A stretch of 64,000 nucleotides of DNA from Vulcanimicrobiota bacterium. Its GTDB lineage: Bacteria > Vulcanimicrobiota > Vulcanimicrobiia > Vulcanimicrobiales > Vulcanimicrobiaceae. Positions 48,160 through 57,940 of the stretch are shown here, piece by piece (position 1 is the first letter of the stretch; every line of letters begins with the position of its first letter). The stretch spans positions 576,023-640,022 of the forward strand of contig CAWHWQ010000005.1 in NCBI GenBank assembly GCA_963833095.1, written 5' to 3'. The position numbers and the translations under genes are program-made. Below the pieces are notes generated by a model. It was not told the DNA's origin, searched no databases, and was given only the letters and a program-made list of their open reading frames with translations.

Positions 48160-48427
48160 AGTGTCCTACTCCAAAGGTTCGGTGTACAAAGTCGCGAGCG
48201 CCGGAGCGCGCCGGCAAGGCACGAGGAGGGAGCATAGGTATAGTTCTGTGACCGACGAGTAACGACGCCGGCGCGCCTCCGCCGCCGCGACCGTTAAGGC
48301 CGGTCGTTTGGAAACCGGGAGCGTCGTCACTCTTCGCTCGCAAAGCGCCGCTTTTGTCGCTCATCGCTTCTCGCTCGCGACTGCCAAACGGCCGGCTTTG
48401 CACATCGAACCTCTGGAGCAGGACACT
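48160..48427. mobile_element. MITE-like non-autonomous element (268 bp)
   Basis: 35 bp terminal inverted repeats 48160-48194 and 48393-48427 (30/35 identical, all differences transitions); internal hairpins; no transposase. Confidence 0.7.
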
Positions 48428-49392
48428 CAGCCTTCGTCTCCTTCGTACTGGTAGGGATTGCTGAATCCCACGTTAGCTTTGCCGACTATCTGCGTAAGCG
48501 AGCGCAGGTTGCGTTCTTGCAAGTATAACACGAGCTCCTCGGCGATCCGCACGGGAATACGCGGGTCGGTGAAGTTCGCCGTTCCTATCGATACTGCGCT
48601 TGCGCCGGCGAGAAGGAATTCGAGCGCATCGCTTGTCGTTTCGATCCCGCCTTGACCCACGACGGGGATCTTCACCGCGCGCGTGACCTCGTAGACGGCG
48701 AGCACCGCAATCGGCCGAATCGCCGCGCCGGAAAGTCCGCCGGTCACGTTGCCCAGACGCGGACTCCAGCGATCGACGTCGATCGCCATGCCGCGCACGG
48801 TATTGATGACGGCGAGCGCATCCGCGCCCGCGGCTTCGGCCTCACGTGCGATCGCGGCGATGTCCGTAACGTTGGGTGAAAGCTTGACGATCAACGTTTT
48901 GTCGGTTGTCGCGCGAGCGGCACGCACGACTTTTGCGGTCAGATTCGGATCGCACGCGAACGTCTCGCCTTCGCTCGCGACGTTCGGGCACGAGATGTTG
49001 ACTTCTATCGCGTCAATCTCGTCGCGCGCGGCAAGACGCTCGCTGACGTAGGAATAATCGTCGATACTAAAGCCCGCCACGCTGCCGACGATAGCGCACG
49101 GACGGCTCGCGTATTTTGCGACCTCGTGCTCGAGATACCACTCGATGCCCGGATTTTGCAAGCCAATCGCGTTGAGCATGCCGGCAGGCGTGTGCACGAG
49201 ACGTGGCGTCGGATTTCCCAAACGCGGAAGACGCGTCACACTCTTTAGCACGACCGCGCCGAGCTGCGCCAGATCGACGAACGGCGCATACTCCTCGCCG
49301 CTGCCGTAGCATCCACTGCCCATGAACGTCGGATAGGGCAACTCCAGCTTGCCGATCTTGACGCTTAGATCGATTCCGCTTGCATTTACCAT
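48427..49392 (-). CDS. pyrD: Dihydroorotate dehydrogenase B, catalytic subunit
   Basis: GNPTPRL, GMLNAIGLQNPG, EVNISCPNV, KLSPNVTD, INT, GGLSG..IRP. Confidence 0.95.
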   Translation of the reverse strand: MVNASGIDLSVKIGKLELPYPTFMGSGCYGSGEEYAPFVDLAQLGAVVLKSVTRLPRLGNPTPRLVHTPAGMLNAIGLQNPGIEWYLEHEVAKYASRPCAIVGSVAGFSIDDYSYVSERLAARDEIDAIEVNISCPNVASEGETFACDPNLTAKVVRAARATTDKTLIVKLSPNVTDIAAIAREAEAAGADALAVINTVRGMAIDVDRWSPRLGNVTGGLSGAAIRPIAVLAVYEVTRAVKIPVVGQGGIETTSDALEFLLAGASAVSIGTANFTDPRIPVRIAEELVLYLQERNLRSLTQIVGKANVGFSNPYQYEGDEG

Positions 49393-50210
49393 CGCAATTC
49401 ATGCGCCCAGAAAACCGGGCCCTCTCGGCAGACCCGCGCATAGACCACATCGCTGCCGTCGCGCTGCGGAGGCGGAAAGCTCGGCGCTTGCTCCGACGTG
49501 CGTACGAGTGGAACAACGCAGCCCCAACACCCGCCCACACCACAGCCGAATGTTTCTTCCAGCGAAAGTTGCGCCGGCACGTTCATCTCCTGCGCGACGC
49601 GCGCGACCGCGCGCAACATCGGTGTCGGTCCGCAGGCGAGAATAAGGTCGGGAGGCTCGGTTGTCTGCGCGAGCAGATCGGTAATGTAGCCCGCATGGCC
49701 CATACTTGCGTCGTCGGTTGAAACGAGCACCTCGCAACCATCGCTTGCGAAACGTTCGCGATCGACCAGCAACCCAACCGTGCGAGCACCATAATACAGT
49801 CGAACTCGCGCGCCGGCGCGCAGCAACGCTTGGGCCGGAAGTAATACCGAGGCGATCCCGACACCGCCCGCGACGATCGCCGCGTTTGCGACATTGTCGA
49901 GTGTAAAGCCATTGCCAAGCGGCCCCGCAAGGGCGATGCGATCTCCGACACGCAGCGCGGCGAGCTCTGCGGTGCGTTTGCCGACAACGAAAAACATGAC
50001 GCTTGCACGGTTGCCGCTTGCCTCGTAGATGCCGAGCGCGGTTGCCGCGCGCTCTCCGCTTGGTGGAACAGCCATCACAAACTGTCCCGGAAGCGTCACG
50101 CGCACGAGCTCCGGCGCGTCGAATCCTAGGAGGACGACACCGGGAGCGAGCTCTTGCCGATCGAGCACAAGCGCGTGATGGATAGCTGCGGATGTCGCGA
50201 CGGTGGCCAT
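49386..50210 (-). CDS. pyrK: Dihydroorotate dehydrogenase electron-transfer subunit
   Basis: PGQFVM, GPLGNGF, GGVGIA, CGP..M, CGVGGCWGC, VCREGPVF. Confidence 0.92.
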   Translation of the reverse strand: MATVATSAAIHHALVLDRQELAPGVVLLGFDAPELVRVTLPGQFVMAVPPSGERAATALGIYEASGNRASVMFFVVGKRTAELAALRVGDRIALAGPLGNGFTLDNVANAAIVAGGVGIASVLLPAQALLRAGARVRLYYGARTVGLLVDRERFASDGCEVLVSTDDASMGHAGYITDLLAQTTEPPDLILACGPTPMLRAVARVAQEMNVPAQLSLEETFGCGVGGCWGCVVPLVRTSEQAPSFPPPQRDGSDVVYARVCREGPVFWAHELRW

Positions 50211-50329
50211 ATGCGTGGATGCGTTTTCGCCAAATTTTAAAAAAAGTCCGCGCAAAAGGGTGAACCACACCACATCATTGGCCGTTATATGGTATAGAGA
50301 GTTAAAAGCTCAGAAAGGAGGGTCCGCAG

Positions 50330-50470
50330 ATGGCAGGTCTCATGGTCTTCAAATCGCTAGCCGACGCACTACGTGCCGGTTATCAGGTGTACGATCGTAC
50401 TGCGGACGGGTATCTCGTGCGAACGAGAACGACAGCAGGATGGGCCATAGCGTTGGTATCCTGCAAGTAA
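50330..50470 (+). CDS. 46-aa small protein, absent from the ORF track
   Basis: MAGLMVFKSLADALRAGYQVYDRTADGYLVRTRTTAGWAIALVSCK; strong SD AAAGGAGG; own terminator. Confidence 0.8.
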   Translation: MAGLMVFKSLADALRAGYQVYDRTADGYLVRTRTTAGWAIALVSCK

Positions 50471-50486
50471 ACCCTCCTAAGCAGCT

Positions 50487-50527
50487 AACAAAAGCGCCGG
50501 TTCTCTAAAGAACCGGCGTTGTTGTTT
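50487..50527. terminator. Bidirectional intrinsic terminator
   Basis: AACAAAA-GCGCCGGTTCT-CTAA-AGAACCGGCGT-TGTTGTTT between convergent genes. Confidence 0.75.
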
Positions 50528-50540
50528 GCTAACCGAACCG

Positions 50541-51140
50541 TTACGAACGCTGATCCGGCGGGGGAACCGGCCGCTCGATTTCGGGGGTCGGGCCCGGACG
50601 CCAGGCATACGGTCCGGCCGGCGCTTGTGGCGGCGGTCCGCTCGGCCCCGCGTTCGGCGGCGGGCTGAAGGTCGCTTGATTCGAGTAGCTCCCGGGGTTG
50701 AAGCCCGGAATCCGCGCGCCGTTGAGCACTGCGGTGATCACCTGAGCGATTCCAACGAACATGGGGATGAGACCGCCGAGTAGCCACGGTCCCGCGAATC
50801 CCAGGTGGCTGAGCGGGCCGATCGAGCCGAGCCCGATGAACAGCGCAAACCCGATCAAGGTGACGGTGATGCCTTTACGCAGCTGTCGCTGGGCGTAATA
50901 GTAGTCGTCGTAGACGGGATAGTAGCTGCCTTTGCCCGCGACGTTAGGCGGGGGCATTGCGCCGGGATGCCAGTTCGGCGGCGGCATATTGCGCGGCATC
51001 GGTCCGGGCGGGGGCACCATCCCGCGGCGGATCATTTCCATCCGCTCGTTGTGCTGCAACACCCGCGTGGTGATCCAGGCCGCGATCGGGGCTCCGAAGA
51101 TCAACAGGATCGCGAGCGCGCCGACAAAGTCGTGGTCCAT
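50541..51140 (-). CDS. DUF6249-like membrane protein with Pro-rich segments
   Basis: TM, H.ERMEMIRRG, LRKGI..TLIGFALFI, GLIPMFVGIA. Confidence 0.7.
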   Translation of the reverse strand: MDHDFVGALAILLIFGAPIAAWITTRVLQHNERMEMIRRGMVPPPGPMPRNMPPPNWHPGAMPPPNVAGKGSYYPVYDDYYYAQRQLRKGITVTLIGFALFIGLGSIGPLSHLGFAGPWLLGGLIPMFVGIAQVITAVLNGARIPGFNPGSYSNQATFSPPPNAGPSGPPPQAPAGPYAWRPGPTPEIERPVPPPDQRS

Positions 51141-51151
51141 TAGTAATGCTC

Positions 51152-51277
51152 CTACAGACGCGGTCCCCAACCCTCGAAGGTGGGGCGCAAAGCTTGGGCG
51201 GAGTCTGTACCGCCGGCGGGAATCGTCGGCCGCGAGCCGTGGGGGAGCGTTTTGTTTAGCGTCGTCGTCAGGACCAT
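51152..51277 (-). CDS. Putative 41-aa peptide upstream of the DUF6249-like gene
   Basis: MVLTTTLNKTLPHGSRPTIPAGGTDSAQALRPTFEGWGPRL; GGAGG upstream; stop codon forms the TAGGAG SD of the next gene. Confidence 0.5.
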   Translation of the reverse strand: MVLTTTLNKTLPHGSRPTIPAGGTDSAQALRPTFEGWGPRL

Positions 51278-51314
51278 GGTTGGGTTGGACCTCCGTAGTT
51301 CGTCCTGCCAGAGA

Positions 51315-51377
51315 TACGGTCCGGCGCCCCTGGTGTTTCAGCTACCCCGGCGAAACACCGCCACGTACCGCGACGTA
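51315..51377. promoter_or_regulatory. Back-to-back SigW-type ECF promoters
   Basis: Minus: TGAAAC(51335-51340)-16 bp-CGTA(51315-51318). Plus: CGAAAC(51351-51356)-17 bp-CGTA(51374-51377). Confidence 0.7.
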
Positions 51378-51385
51378 GGTGAGAT

Positions 51386-51976
51386 ATGGCTGCAGCACTG
51401 GCGGAGGCGCCACGTATAGATACGACGGTACGCCCTAGCCCCGAGGACGGCGAGCTGGTGGCGATGACGCTCGGAGGACGCTCCGAAGCCTTTGCGATGC
51501 TCGTCGAACGCTACGATCGCGCGGTGTACCACCTCGCCTATCGCACGCTACACGACGTCGAAGAAGCGCGCGACGCGTCGCAAGAAGCCTTTTTCAAAGC
51601 CTATCGGGCGCTTCGCACCTTTAAGCAAGGCGCGAAATTCTCGACCTGGATCTTCTCTATCACGTACCACGCGTGCTGCGATCGTCTCAACCGGCGCAAA
51701 CGTTATAGTAATGAAGAAATGCCCGAACGGGCCGATCCGGGTCCGGGGCCCGAATCGCAAGCCATCGCGCTCGACCAAGCGCGCCGCCTGCACGACGCGA
51801 TTGACGCGCTTCCCGAGAAATACCGCACGGTCATTACGCTCTACCATCTGCAGGGCAAACAATACGAAGAAATCGCGCAGGTGCTAGGACTACCGATGGG
51901 TACGGTAAAGACACATTTATTCCGAGCCAAGGAGCACTTGCGCAAGATTCTGGGCGCGGAGGAGGTAGCCGAATAA
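51386..51976 (+). CDS. ECF RNA polymerase sigma factor
   Basis: AF..LVERY, DASQEAF.KAY, FSTWI, LP.KYR.VI.L, YEEIA..LGLP.GTVKTHLFRA. Confidence 0.93.
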   Translation: MAAALAEAPRIDTTVRPSPEDGELVAMTLGGRSEAFAMLVERYDRAVYHLAYRTLHDVEEARDASQEAFFKAYRALRTFKQGAKFSTWIFSITYHACCDRLNRRKRYSNEEMPERADPGPGPESQAIALDQARRLHDAIDALPEKYRTVITLYHLQGKQYEEIAQVLGLPMGTVKTHLFRAKEHLRKILGAEEVAE

Positions 51977-52344
51977 TGTTTGACAACGATGATGCGCTCG
52001 ATCGGGCACTCTTTGCCCTTCCGCTCGAAGAGCCGCCCGCGGACCTGCGCGCTTCCATCCTGACGGCTACGATCTATCGGCCCGCCCCGGTCTTCTCGAT
52101 GCGCGAACTCATCACGCTTAGCGCAATGTGCGCGGTGGTGGTGTGGCTCGTCGCCGCGGTGATCGCGGGCGGTGGTTCGCTCCTGCTGCACTCACTGCAG
52201 GCGATCGGCGCCGGAACCATGCATGCGCTGAGCAATACCACGCTACTGCTCTGGCTCGCGGCCGGCGGCGCGACCGCGATCTGGCTCTCGATTTTCACGG
52301 GATTCCAACCGCGCGCAGAGGGCAAGGCGGCGCATCGTCGCTAA
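51976..52344 (+). CDS. Putative two-TM anti-sigma factor
   Basis: TAATG-coupled to the sigma gene; PPADLRASIL then two TM helices. Confidence 0.7.
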   Translation: MFDNDDALDRALFALPLEEPPADLRASILTATIYRPAPVFSMRELITLSAMCAVVVWLVAAVIAGGGSLLLHSLQAIGAGTMHALSNTTLLLWLAAGGATAIWLSIFTGFQPRAEGKAAHRR

Positions 52345-52354
52345 CCCTGCTCGC

Positions 52355-53035
52355 ATGAGTGAGCCGGAACACCGCTTCAAGGTTTTGGTCATCGAGGACG
52401 ACGCCGCCATCGGCCGCGTCCTCCAACTCGAGCTCGAGCACGAAGGCTACGATGTCGAAAGCGCGCGCGACGGTCTGGAAGGCTTAGAAAAAGCGCTCAA
52501 AGAGCCTGACCTCGTGATCCTGGATTTGATGCTGCCGCGCATGGACGGGATGGAAGTCTGCCGGCGCATTCGAGCCAAGAGCCGCGTGCCGATCATTATG
52601 CTTACAGCCAAAGACCGCGTCCCCGATCGCGTAAGCGGCTTGGATGTCGGTGCCGACGACTATCTCACCAAGCCGTTTGCCACCGAGGAATTACTTGCGC
52701 GCGTGCGCGCGCGGTTGCGCGAGCGCGCCCCGCACAGCAACGTTATCGTGCATCATGACGTGGTAATGGATCGCGACCGGCACGAGGTCACACGCGCCGG
52801 CAAGCCGATCACGTTGACAGCCAAAGAATATGCGCTTTTGGAATACCTGCTGCTGCACCGCAACAAGGTGCACACCCGCGACGAGCTGTTCAACGGCGTG
52901 TGGGGCAGCGACTTCCTGGGCGACTCGAACCTGATCGACGTCTACATCCGTTATCTGCGCGGCAAAATCGACGAAGGCTTCGACGAGAAACTGATCACCA
53001 CCGTGCGCGGCATCGGTTACACAATCCGAGATTGA
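52355..53035 (+). CDS. OmpR-family response regulator
   Basis: IEDD, ILDLMLP, LTAKD, GADDYLTKPF, DVYIRYLR.K, TVRGIGY. Confidence 0.95.
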   Translation: MSEPEHRFKVLVIEDDAAIGRVLQLELEHEGYDVESARDGLEGLEKALKEPDLVILDLMLPRMDGMEVCRRIRAKSRVPIIMLTAKDRVPDRVSGLDVGADDYLTKPFATEELLARVRARLRERAPHSNVIVHHDVVMDRDRHEVTRAGKPITLTAKEYALLEYLLLHRNKVHTRDELFNGVWGSDFLGDSNLIDVYIRYLRGKIDEGFDEKLITTVRGIGYTIRD

Positions 53036-54459
53036 AACTCTCCCTGAGGTGGCGCATAGCCGCCGCATATGCGATTCTGCTCGTCGCCGCGCTTGCCGCG
53101 ACCAGCGGCGTAATCGTGTGGCGCTTTCAGGCGATCCTCTTCGACGAAGCGCGCTCGCGCATCGACGCGACGATGACCGAAATCGTAACTGCCGCCCAGC
53201 CCGCCAACCCCTTCCCGCTCGGAAACGTGATCGACGAGTCGCTGCTGCAAATCTTCAACGGCAATAATCTCGCAGCGTGGCAAGGGCCGACGACCTTCAT
53301 TCAAGTCGACACCATCCGCGGCTATCCCATCGCCCGCTCGCCGAATCTTGGATCGCTCAGCATTCCCCCGAACACCACGCTCACGGCAAAACACACGCGG
53401 GCGTTTCGCATGCTCACCTTGCGCTCGCGCCCGTTCCTGATCGAAGATCGGCTCCTTCGTAGCGGCTCGTTCTCGGTGGTTGTGCACGTAGCTGAATCGC
53501 TGGACGAACTCAACCGCACCTTCGCGCAGACAAGTCGCACTATCGTCGTGATCCTCGCGGTTGCTGCGGTACTTGTCGGCGTATTGTCTTTTGTGCTCGC
53601 CTCGCAAGCGATCGGCCCGATTACCCGCCTCTCTCGTGCGATGCGCGAAATCGGTTCGGAGCGGCTCGACCTGCGCCTCGAAGGCGCGCAGCGTCACGAC
53701 GAAATCGGCGAGTTAACGCGCAGCTTCAACGATCTGCTCGCGCGCCTGCAAGAAGCGTTCGCGCGCGAACGCCAATTCATCTCCGACGCATCGCACGAGC
53801 TCAAAACACCCCTCACCTCGATCAATGCCAACGCCCAGCTTCTGCTACGTTGGGGAGATCGCGACGAGACCATCCTGCGCGAAAGCCTGGAAACGATTCA
53901 GCACGAGAGCGCCGCACTTGCCGACATGGTCAACGGTATGCTGATGCTGGCCAAAGCCGATCGCGGCGATGGCATTCCTATCGAGCCGGTCTCGCTGTCG
54001 ATCGTCGCGCAAGAAGCCGTGCGTGGCGCGGCACCGCGCGCTGCCGATAAACACCTCACGCTTGACCTCGAGGCTCCGTCTCCCTCGCCGATCGTTGAGG
54101 GAGACGCGAATTTGCTGCGTCAACTCGTGAGCAACTTGGTCGATAACGCGATCAAATTCACCAGCGAGGGCGGAGTGAGCGTGCGCATCGGCGAGGGTGC
54201 GCATGATGCATGGATCGAGGTAGCCGACACCGGCCCAGGCGTACCCGACGAAGAACTCGTGCACATCTTCGAGCGCTTCTATCGCGCCGACAAAGCGCGT
54301 TCGCGCGACGTGCCGGGAACGGGACTGGGCCTAGCCATCGTGCGTTCAATCGCGCGCGTGCATGGTGGCGAGATCGTGGCACGGCGCGCGCCCTCGGGCG
54401 GCGCACTTTTTCTGGCACGATTTCCGAAGATTGAACAGACGCTCACCCCATCTTCATGA
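53032..54459 (+). CDS. Sensor histidine kinase (HAMP-HisKA-HATPase)
   Basis: Two TMs; DEIGEL, DASHELKTPL, NLVDNAIKF, DTGPG, FERFYR, GTGLGL. Confidence 0.95.
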   Translation: MKLSLRWRIAAAYAILLVAALAATSGVIVWRFQAILFDEARSRIDATMTEIVTAAQPANPFPLGNVIDESLLQIFNGNNLAAWQGPTTFIQVDTIRGYPIARSPNLGSLSIPPNTTLTAKHTRAFRMLTLRSRPFLIEDRLLRSGSFSVVVHVAESLDELNRTFAQTSRTIVVILAVAAVLVGVLSFVLASQAIGPITRLSRAMREIGSERLDLRLEGAQRHDEIGELTRSFNDLLARLQEAFARERQFISDASHELKTPLTSINANAQLLLRWGDRDETILRESLETIQHESAALADMVNGMLMLAKADRGDGIPIEPVSLSIVAQEAVRGAAPRAADKHLTLDLEAPSPSPIVEGDANLLRQLVSNLVDNAIKFTSEGGVSVRIGEGAHDAWIEVADTGPGVPDEELVHIFERFYRADKARSRDVPGTGLGLAIVRSIARVHGGEIVARRAPSGGALFLARFPKIEQTLTPSS

Positions 54460-54493
54460 TGCCCGCGCCGCTCGGCGCCTATCATCAGAAGTA

Positions 54494-55498
54494 ATGGCGA
54501 CCAGTTGGCGGCGGGGGCTCGCGGGGCTCTTGTCCGTTTTTGCGTTTCTAGCCGGCACATGCGTTCGCGCCCATGCTGCGACGACGCTTATCCAAACGAC
54601 GCCTGCGCCATTTGTCGTAGTTCAGCTCGACAGCGGATCCGTGACTATTCGCACCTGGGACCGCGCGGCAATTCAAATCGACGCCGATCCAACCGTGACG
54701 TTCCATCACGCCCCCCCACGCCAGGTCGCCACCCGCGTTCCACAGCAGATTCCGCTCTGGTCGCAAACCATCAAGACGCCGCAGGGTCAGGAGCTCGATC
54801 TCGCACCGGAGCTGTTTCCGCTCCCCCCTTTTGCGCCGGGTGAGCACGACGCGCTGATCGTGCGTGGCGAAGGCGACGTCACGTTGACCGTTCCGCAGCA
54901 GTCGCCCCTGCTTTTGATCAACGTTCGCTTGGGATCAGTGACGGTCGCGGGCTACTCGGGCACGGCCTTCGTGGCGCACGTCACCGCCGGAGAGATCCAT
55001 ATGGAAAACGTCAACACCACGGCGGCGGTTCAAGTCAATAACGGCCCGATCTTCATATCGAACTCGACCTTCGAACGCTTGCGCCTACGGACCGGACGCG
55101 GAAACGCGTTCATGAGCGCGTGCCGCTCGCGGCAGATTCAGGTCACGAGCTTGACGGGATCCGTGATCTACGACGACGGCGTCTTCGAGGATCCTGGACT
55201 TGCGCACTTCGAAAGCACGCGCGGCAATATTGCTATCGGGGTTGCGGGCGGAATGCAGATCGAAGCGCATTCCGGTTCTGGGCGAATTCTCTACGACGTC
55301 GGCGCTGACGGCAACGTGGACCGCAGCGCGGACGATGCGCAGGCGACGCTCATGGGCGGCGGCCCGGTCGTCACCGCGTCCACGGTGACCGGCGCCATTG
55401 TCTTCTACCGCGGCTCGCTGCACGACTATCCGCAGCTCGAGCGCGTGATGCAGCCAAAAATGCGCGGGCCGCAATTGCAGCCGGGCCCGAGACGCTAG
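54494..55498 (+). CDS. Secreted beta-repeat (DUF4097/adhesin-like) protein
   Basis: Signal peptide ending AHA; repeated short beta-strand/Gly units. Confidence 0.6.
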   Translation: MATSWRRGLAGLLSVFAFLAGTCVRAHAATTLIQTTPAPFVVVQLDSGSVTIRTWDRAAIQIDADPTVTFHHAPPRQVATRVPQQIPLWSQTIKTPQGQELDLAPELFPLPPFAPGEHDALIVRGEGDVTLTVPQQSPLLLINVRLGSVTVAGYSGTAFVAHVTAGEIHMENVNTTAAVQVNNGPIFISNSTFERLRLRTGRGNAFMSACRSRQIQVTSLTGSVIYDDGVFEDPGLAHFESTRGNIAIGVAGGMQIEAHSGSGRILYDVGADGNVDRSADDAQATLMGGGPVVTASTVTGAIVFYRGSLHDYPQLERVMQPKMRGPQLQPGPRR

Positions 55499-55920
55499 AG
55501 TAGATATTTCCGCATCATGGCCATGTCGAGTTTGAAGGTGTGCTGCGGGAGCACAGCCTCGACGCCATAACCGCAGGCCTCGAAAAAGCGTTGTGCGGTG
55601 CGCAGATGCGGTACCATCGCCGTCATCTTGTGGCAGTTGTAGTAATTCGCGACGTCGGCCATTTCGGATAGTATCGCGCGACCCAGACCGGCTCGGCGGC
55701 GATCGGGCGTGACGATGAGGCGCTCGACGTGACCGAGCGATGCCGCAACGTAGAGGGTGCCGCCCGCGATCGTCTCGTCGCCGTCGACTGCGGCAAAGCC
55801 GTAGGCCTGCTCGTGCCAAACGACGGGAAATTCATAGAGCGCGCGCAACGCCTCGCGTTCGTGCACGCCAAAGAAATCGACCAAGGCGTGCGTCTGCACG
55901 CGCACGATCTCAACCGGCAA
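55495..55920 (-). CDS. GNAT acetyltransferase
   Basis: LIVTPDRRRAGLGRAIL, A..FFEACGY. Confidence 0.8.
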   Translation of the reverse strand: MPVEIVRVQTHALVDFFGVHEREALRALYEFPVVWHEQAYGFAAVDGDETIAGGTLYVAASLGHVERLIVTPDRRRAGLGRAILSEMADVANYYNCHKMTAMVPHLRTAQRFFEACGYGVEAVLPQHTFKLDMAMMRKYLL

Positions 55921-56707
55921 CCGCCGCTACCTCGGTCTCGAGATCGACTTCGAGCCCATCGTACGCCGCGATCGCGCGAATGCCCAAGTCGTCTTCGAGC
56001 GCCTGTGCGAGTTTGCGCGGATCCTGTTCGAGCATCTTGGTGCCGAAGTGCTGAAAGATCGCGACGCGCGGCGACACCCCTTCGACGACGCGGCGCGCGT
56101 CATCCCAGGTGAGATGATCGACGTTCATTGCATCCGCGAAGCGCAGCACGTTCACGATGAGCACATCGGGCTGTTGTTCGGCGTAGTCGGCAGCCAACGC
56201 GTCGAAATAGCGCCCGCACGGTAAGTACGACACGCGCAGGCCGCGGCGACGGAAATGCATGCCGTAGGTTTCTACCGCGTGGTGATGGGCAATCGATGTA
56301 TACATCTCGACGTCATCGATCCGATACGGACCGCCGTGCGGCTCGAGTACCTCGACGCGCTCGACGAAGCGCTGCGCGTACGGAAGCACGGTCGGTTCAC
56401 CTTCGAGCGCATCTTTCGGCGCGAGCAAAATCCCTCGCCGGCGAAATCCACCCGAGGTCATCGCCTCGATCATCGCTGTGGAATCGGCGGCATGATCGAG
56501 ATGTTTGTGGGAGAGCGCGATTGCGGAAAGTTCACGCGGATTGCACGGCGGCACGTGTGAGAGCGCCCGCACGAGCGCACCCGGCCCGGGATCGACGTGG
56601 ATCTGTGTCTCGCCAAGGCGCAGCCACATGCCGCCCGATGCGCGGAACTGACGCGCGACGACGAATCGCGCGCCGCCGCTGCCTAGGAAGAGTACACTTG
56701 ACGCCAC
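55910..56707 (-). CDS. Metallo-beta-lactamase-fold hydrolase
   Basis: FLGSGG, VDPGPGA, SHKHLDH, HL, HFG. Confidence 0.88.
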   Translation of the reverse strand: MASSVLFLGSGGARFVVARQFRASGGMWLRLGETQIHVDPGPGALVRALSHVPPCNPRELSAIALSHKHLDHAADSTAMIEAMTSGGFRRRGILLAPKDALEGEPTVLPYAQRFVERVEVLEPHGGPYRIDDVEMYTSIAHHHAVETYGMHFRRRGLRVSYLPCGRYFDALAADYAEQQPDVLIVNVLRFADAMNVDHLTWDDARRVVEGVSPRVAIFQHFGTKMLEQDPRKLAQALEDDLGIRAIAAYDGLEVDLETEVAAVAG

Positions 56708-56709
56708 CC

Positions 56710-57929
56710 TTAGGCGATTATAGGCAACTGATCGAAATTCCCGGAGAGGATCTTCTGTGAAGGCCGGCCGAGCCAGCGCTCGAGGACGGTCGCATAAACG
56801 CTGCGGAAGTCGGTGTCGTAGCGCACGTTGCCCATGTTGGTGTTGCTCAGGTCCGGCGTCGTGCCATAGAGGCCACCTTTGACGCCGCCGCCGATTGCAA
56901 AGAGCGGCGAGGCCTCCCCGTGATCGGTGCCACGGCTGCCGTTCTCGGCAACGCGCCGGCCGAACTCGCTAAAGGTCATCGTCAGCACGCTTTTGTCGTT
57001 GCCATGCGCGGCGAGATCGTCGTAGAAGGCGCCGATCGCATCGGAAAATTCGCCGAGCAAGCGGTCTTGCGTCGCCTTTTGACTGGTGTGCGTGTCGAAC
57101 GAGCCGTGCTGCACGTAGAGCACCTTCGTGCCGAGATTGCTGCCGACGATTTGCGCGGCGAGCGCGAGGCTGCGTCCAAGCGGCGTCGCGGGATAGGTCG
57201 CGTCGGTCTTATATCCGGCAATGAGCTTGGGCAACTCTTCGCGAGCCGCGCTGCGCGTGGTCTTCGATCTCGGTGACGTGCGCGAGATACGGTGAGTCGA
57301 ACGGGAATTGATTGTCGGTAACGAGTTCGGTATAGGTACGCTTGGCGACCGCGTTGCGATCGCTAAGCAACCCGTAGCCGTTGAGGCTCGCGATCGCCGG
57401 AACGTCGACCTGATTGGCGACGAGCACTTCGGGCAACACCTGCGCGAGCGCGACGCCGTTGAAAAGATTGTTCTTGGGCAGTTGCGCGTCATCGAGATAC
57501 CGGCCGAGCCAGCCGGTATGTACGTAGCGATCGGGCGCGGCCGTCTGCCAGATCTCGGTCGAACGAAAGTGCGAATGGTCGGGGTCGGGATAGCCGACGC
57601 CTTGCACGACCGCGACATCGCCTTTGTCGTACATGGCTTTGAACGCGCGCATTTGCGGATTGAAGCCCACGTTTTCGTCGATCGCGAGCACGTCGTTCTG
57701 CGGGACCGCCAGCGTGGGGCGCAACTGATAGTAGAGCGGGTTGCCGTGCGGCACGACGCAATTCAGGCCATCGTTGCCGCCTTGCAAGTTGATCAGCATC
57801 AGCACGCGATCGCCGCCGCCGGGCAATCCGGCAGCGGCGCATCGGCAAGCGCGCGCGCAGCAGATGATCCATGTTTGCCACGACGGTGATGCCGGAGAGG
57901 GCGCCGAGCAAGAAGTTTCCGCGTTTCAT
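56710..57929 (-). CDS. DUF1501-family protein (frameshifted in this assembly)
   Basis: L.GGNDGLN, VGYPDPDHSHFRS, GWLGR, FDTH, FSEFGRRV.EN.SRGTDHG, DFRSVYA spread over several frames. Confidence 0.88.
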
Positions 57930-57940
57930 CGTTGTCATCG

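Noticed and set aside
48158..48403. 81-aa ORF or a PyrR attenuator between pyrD and pyrF
   Set aside because: The ORF lies within the inverted-repeat element and has no protein features; no PyrR-binding loop sequence or U-tailed terminator was seen.
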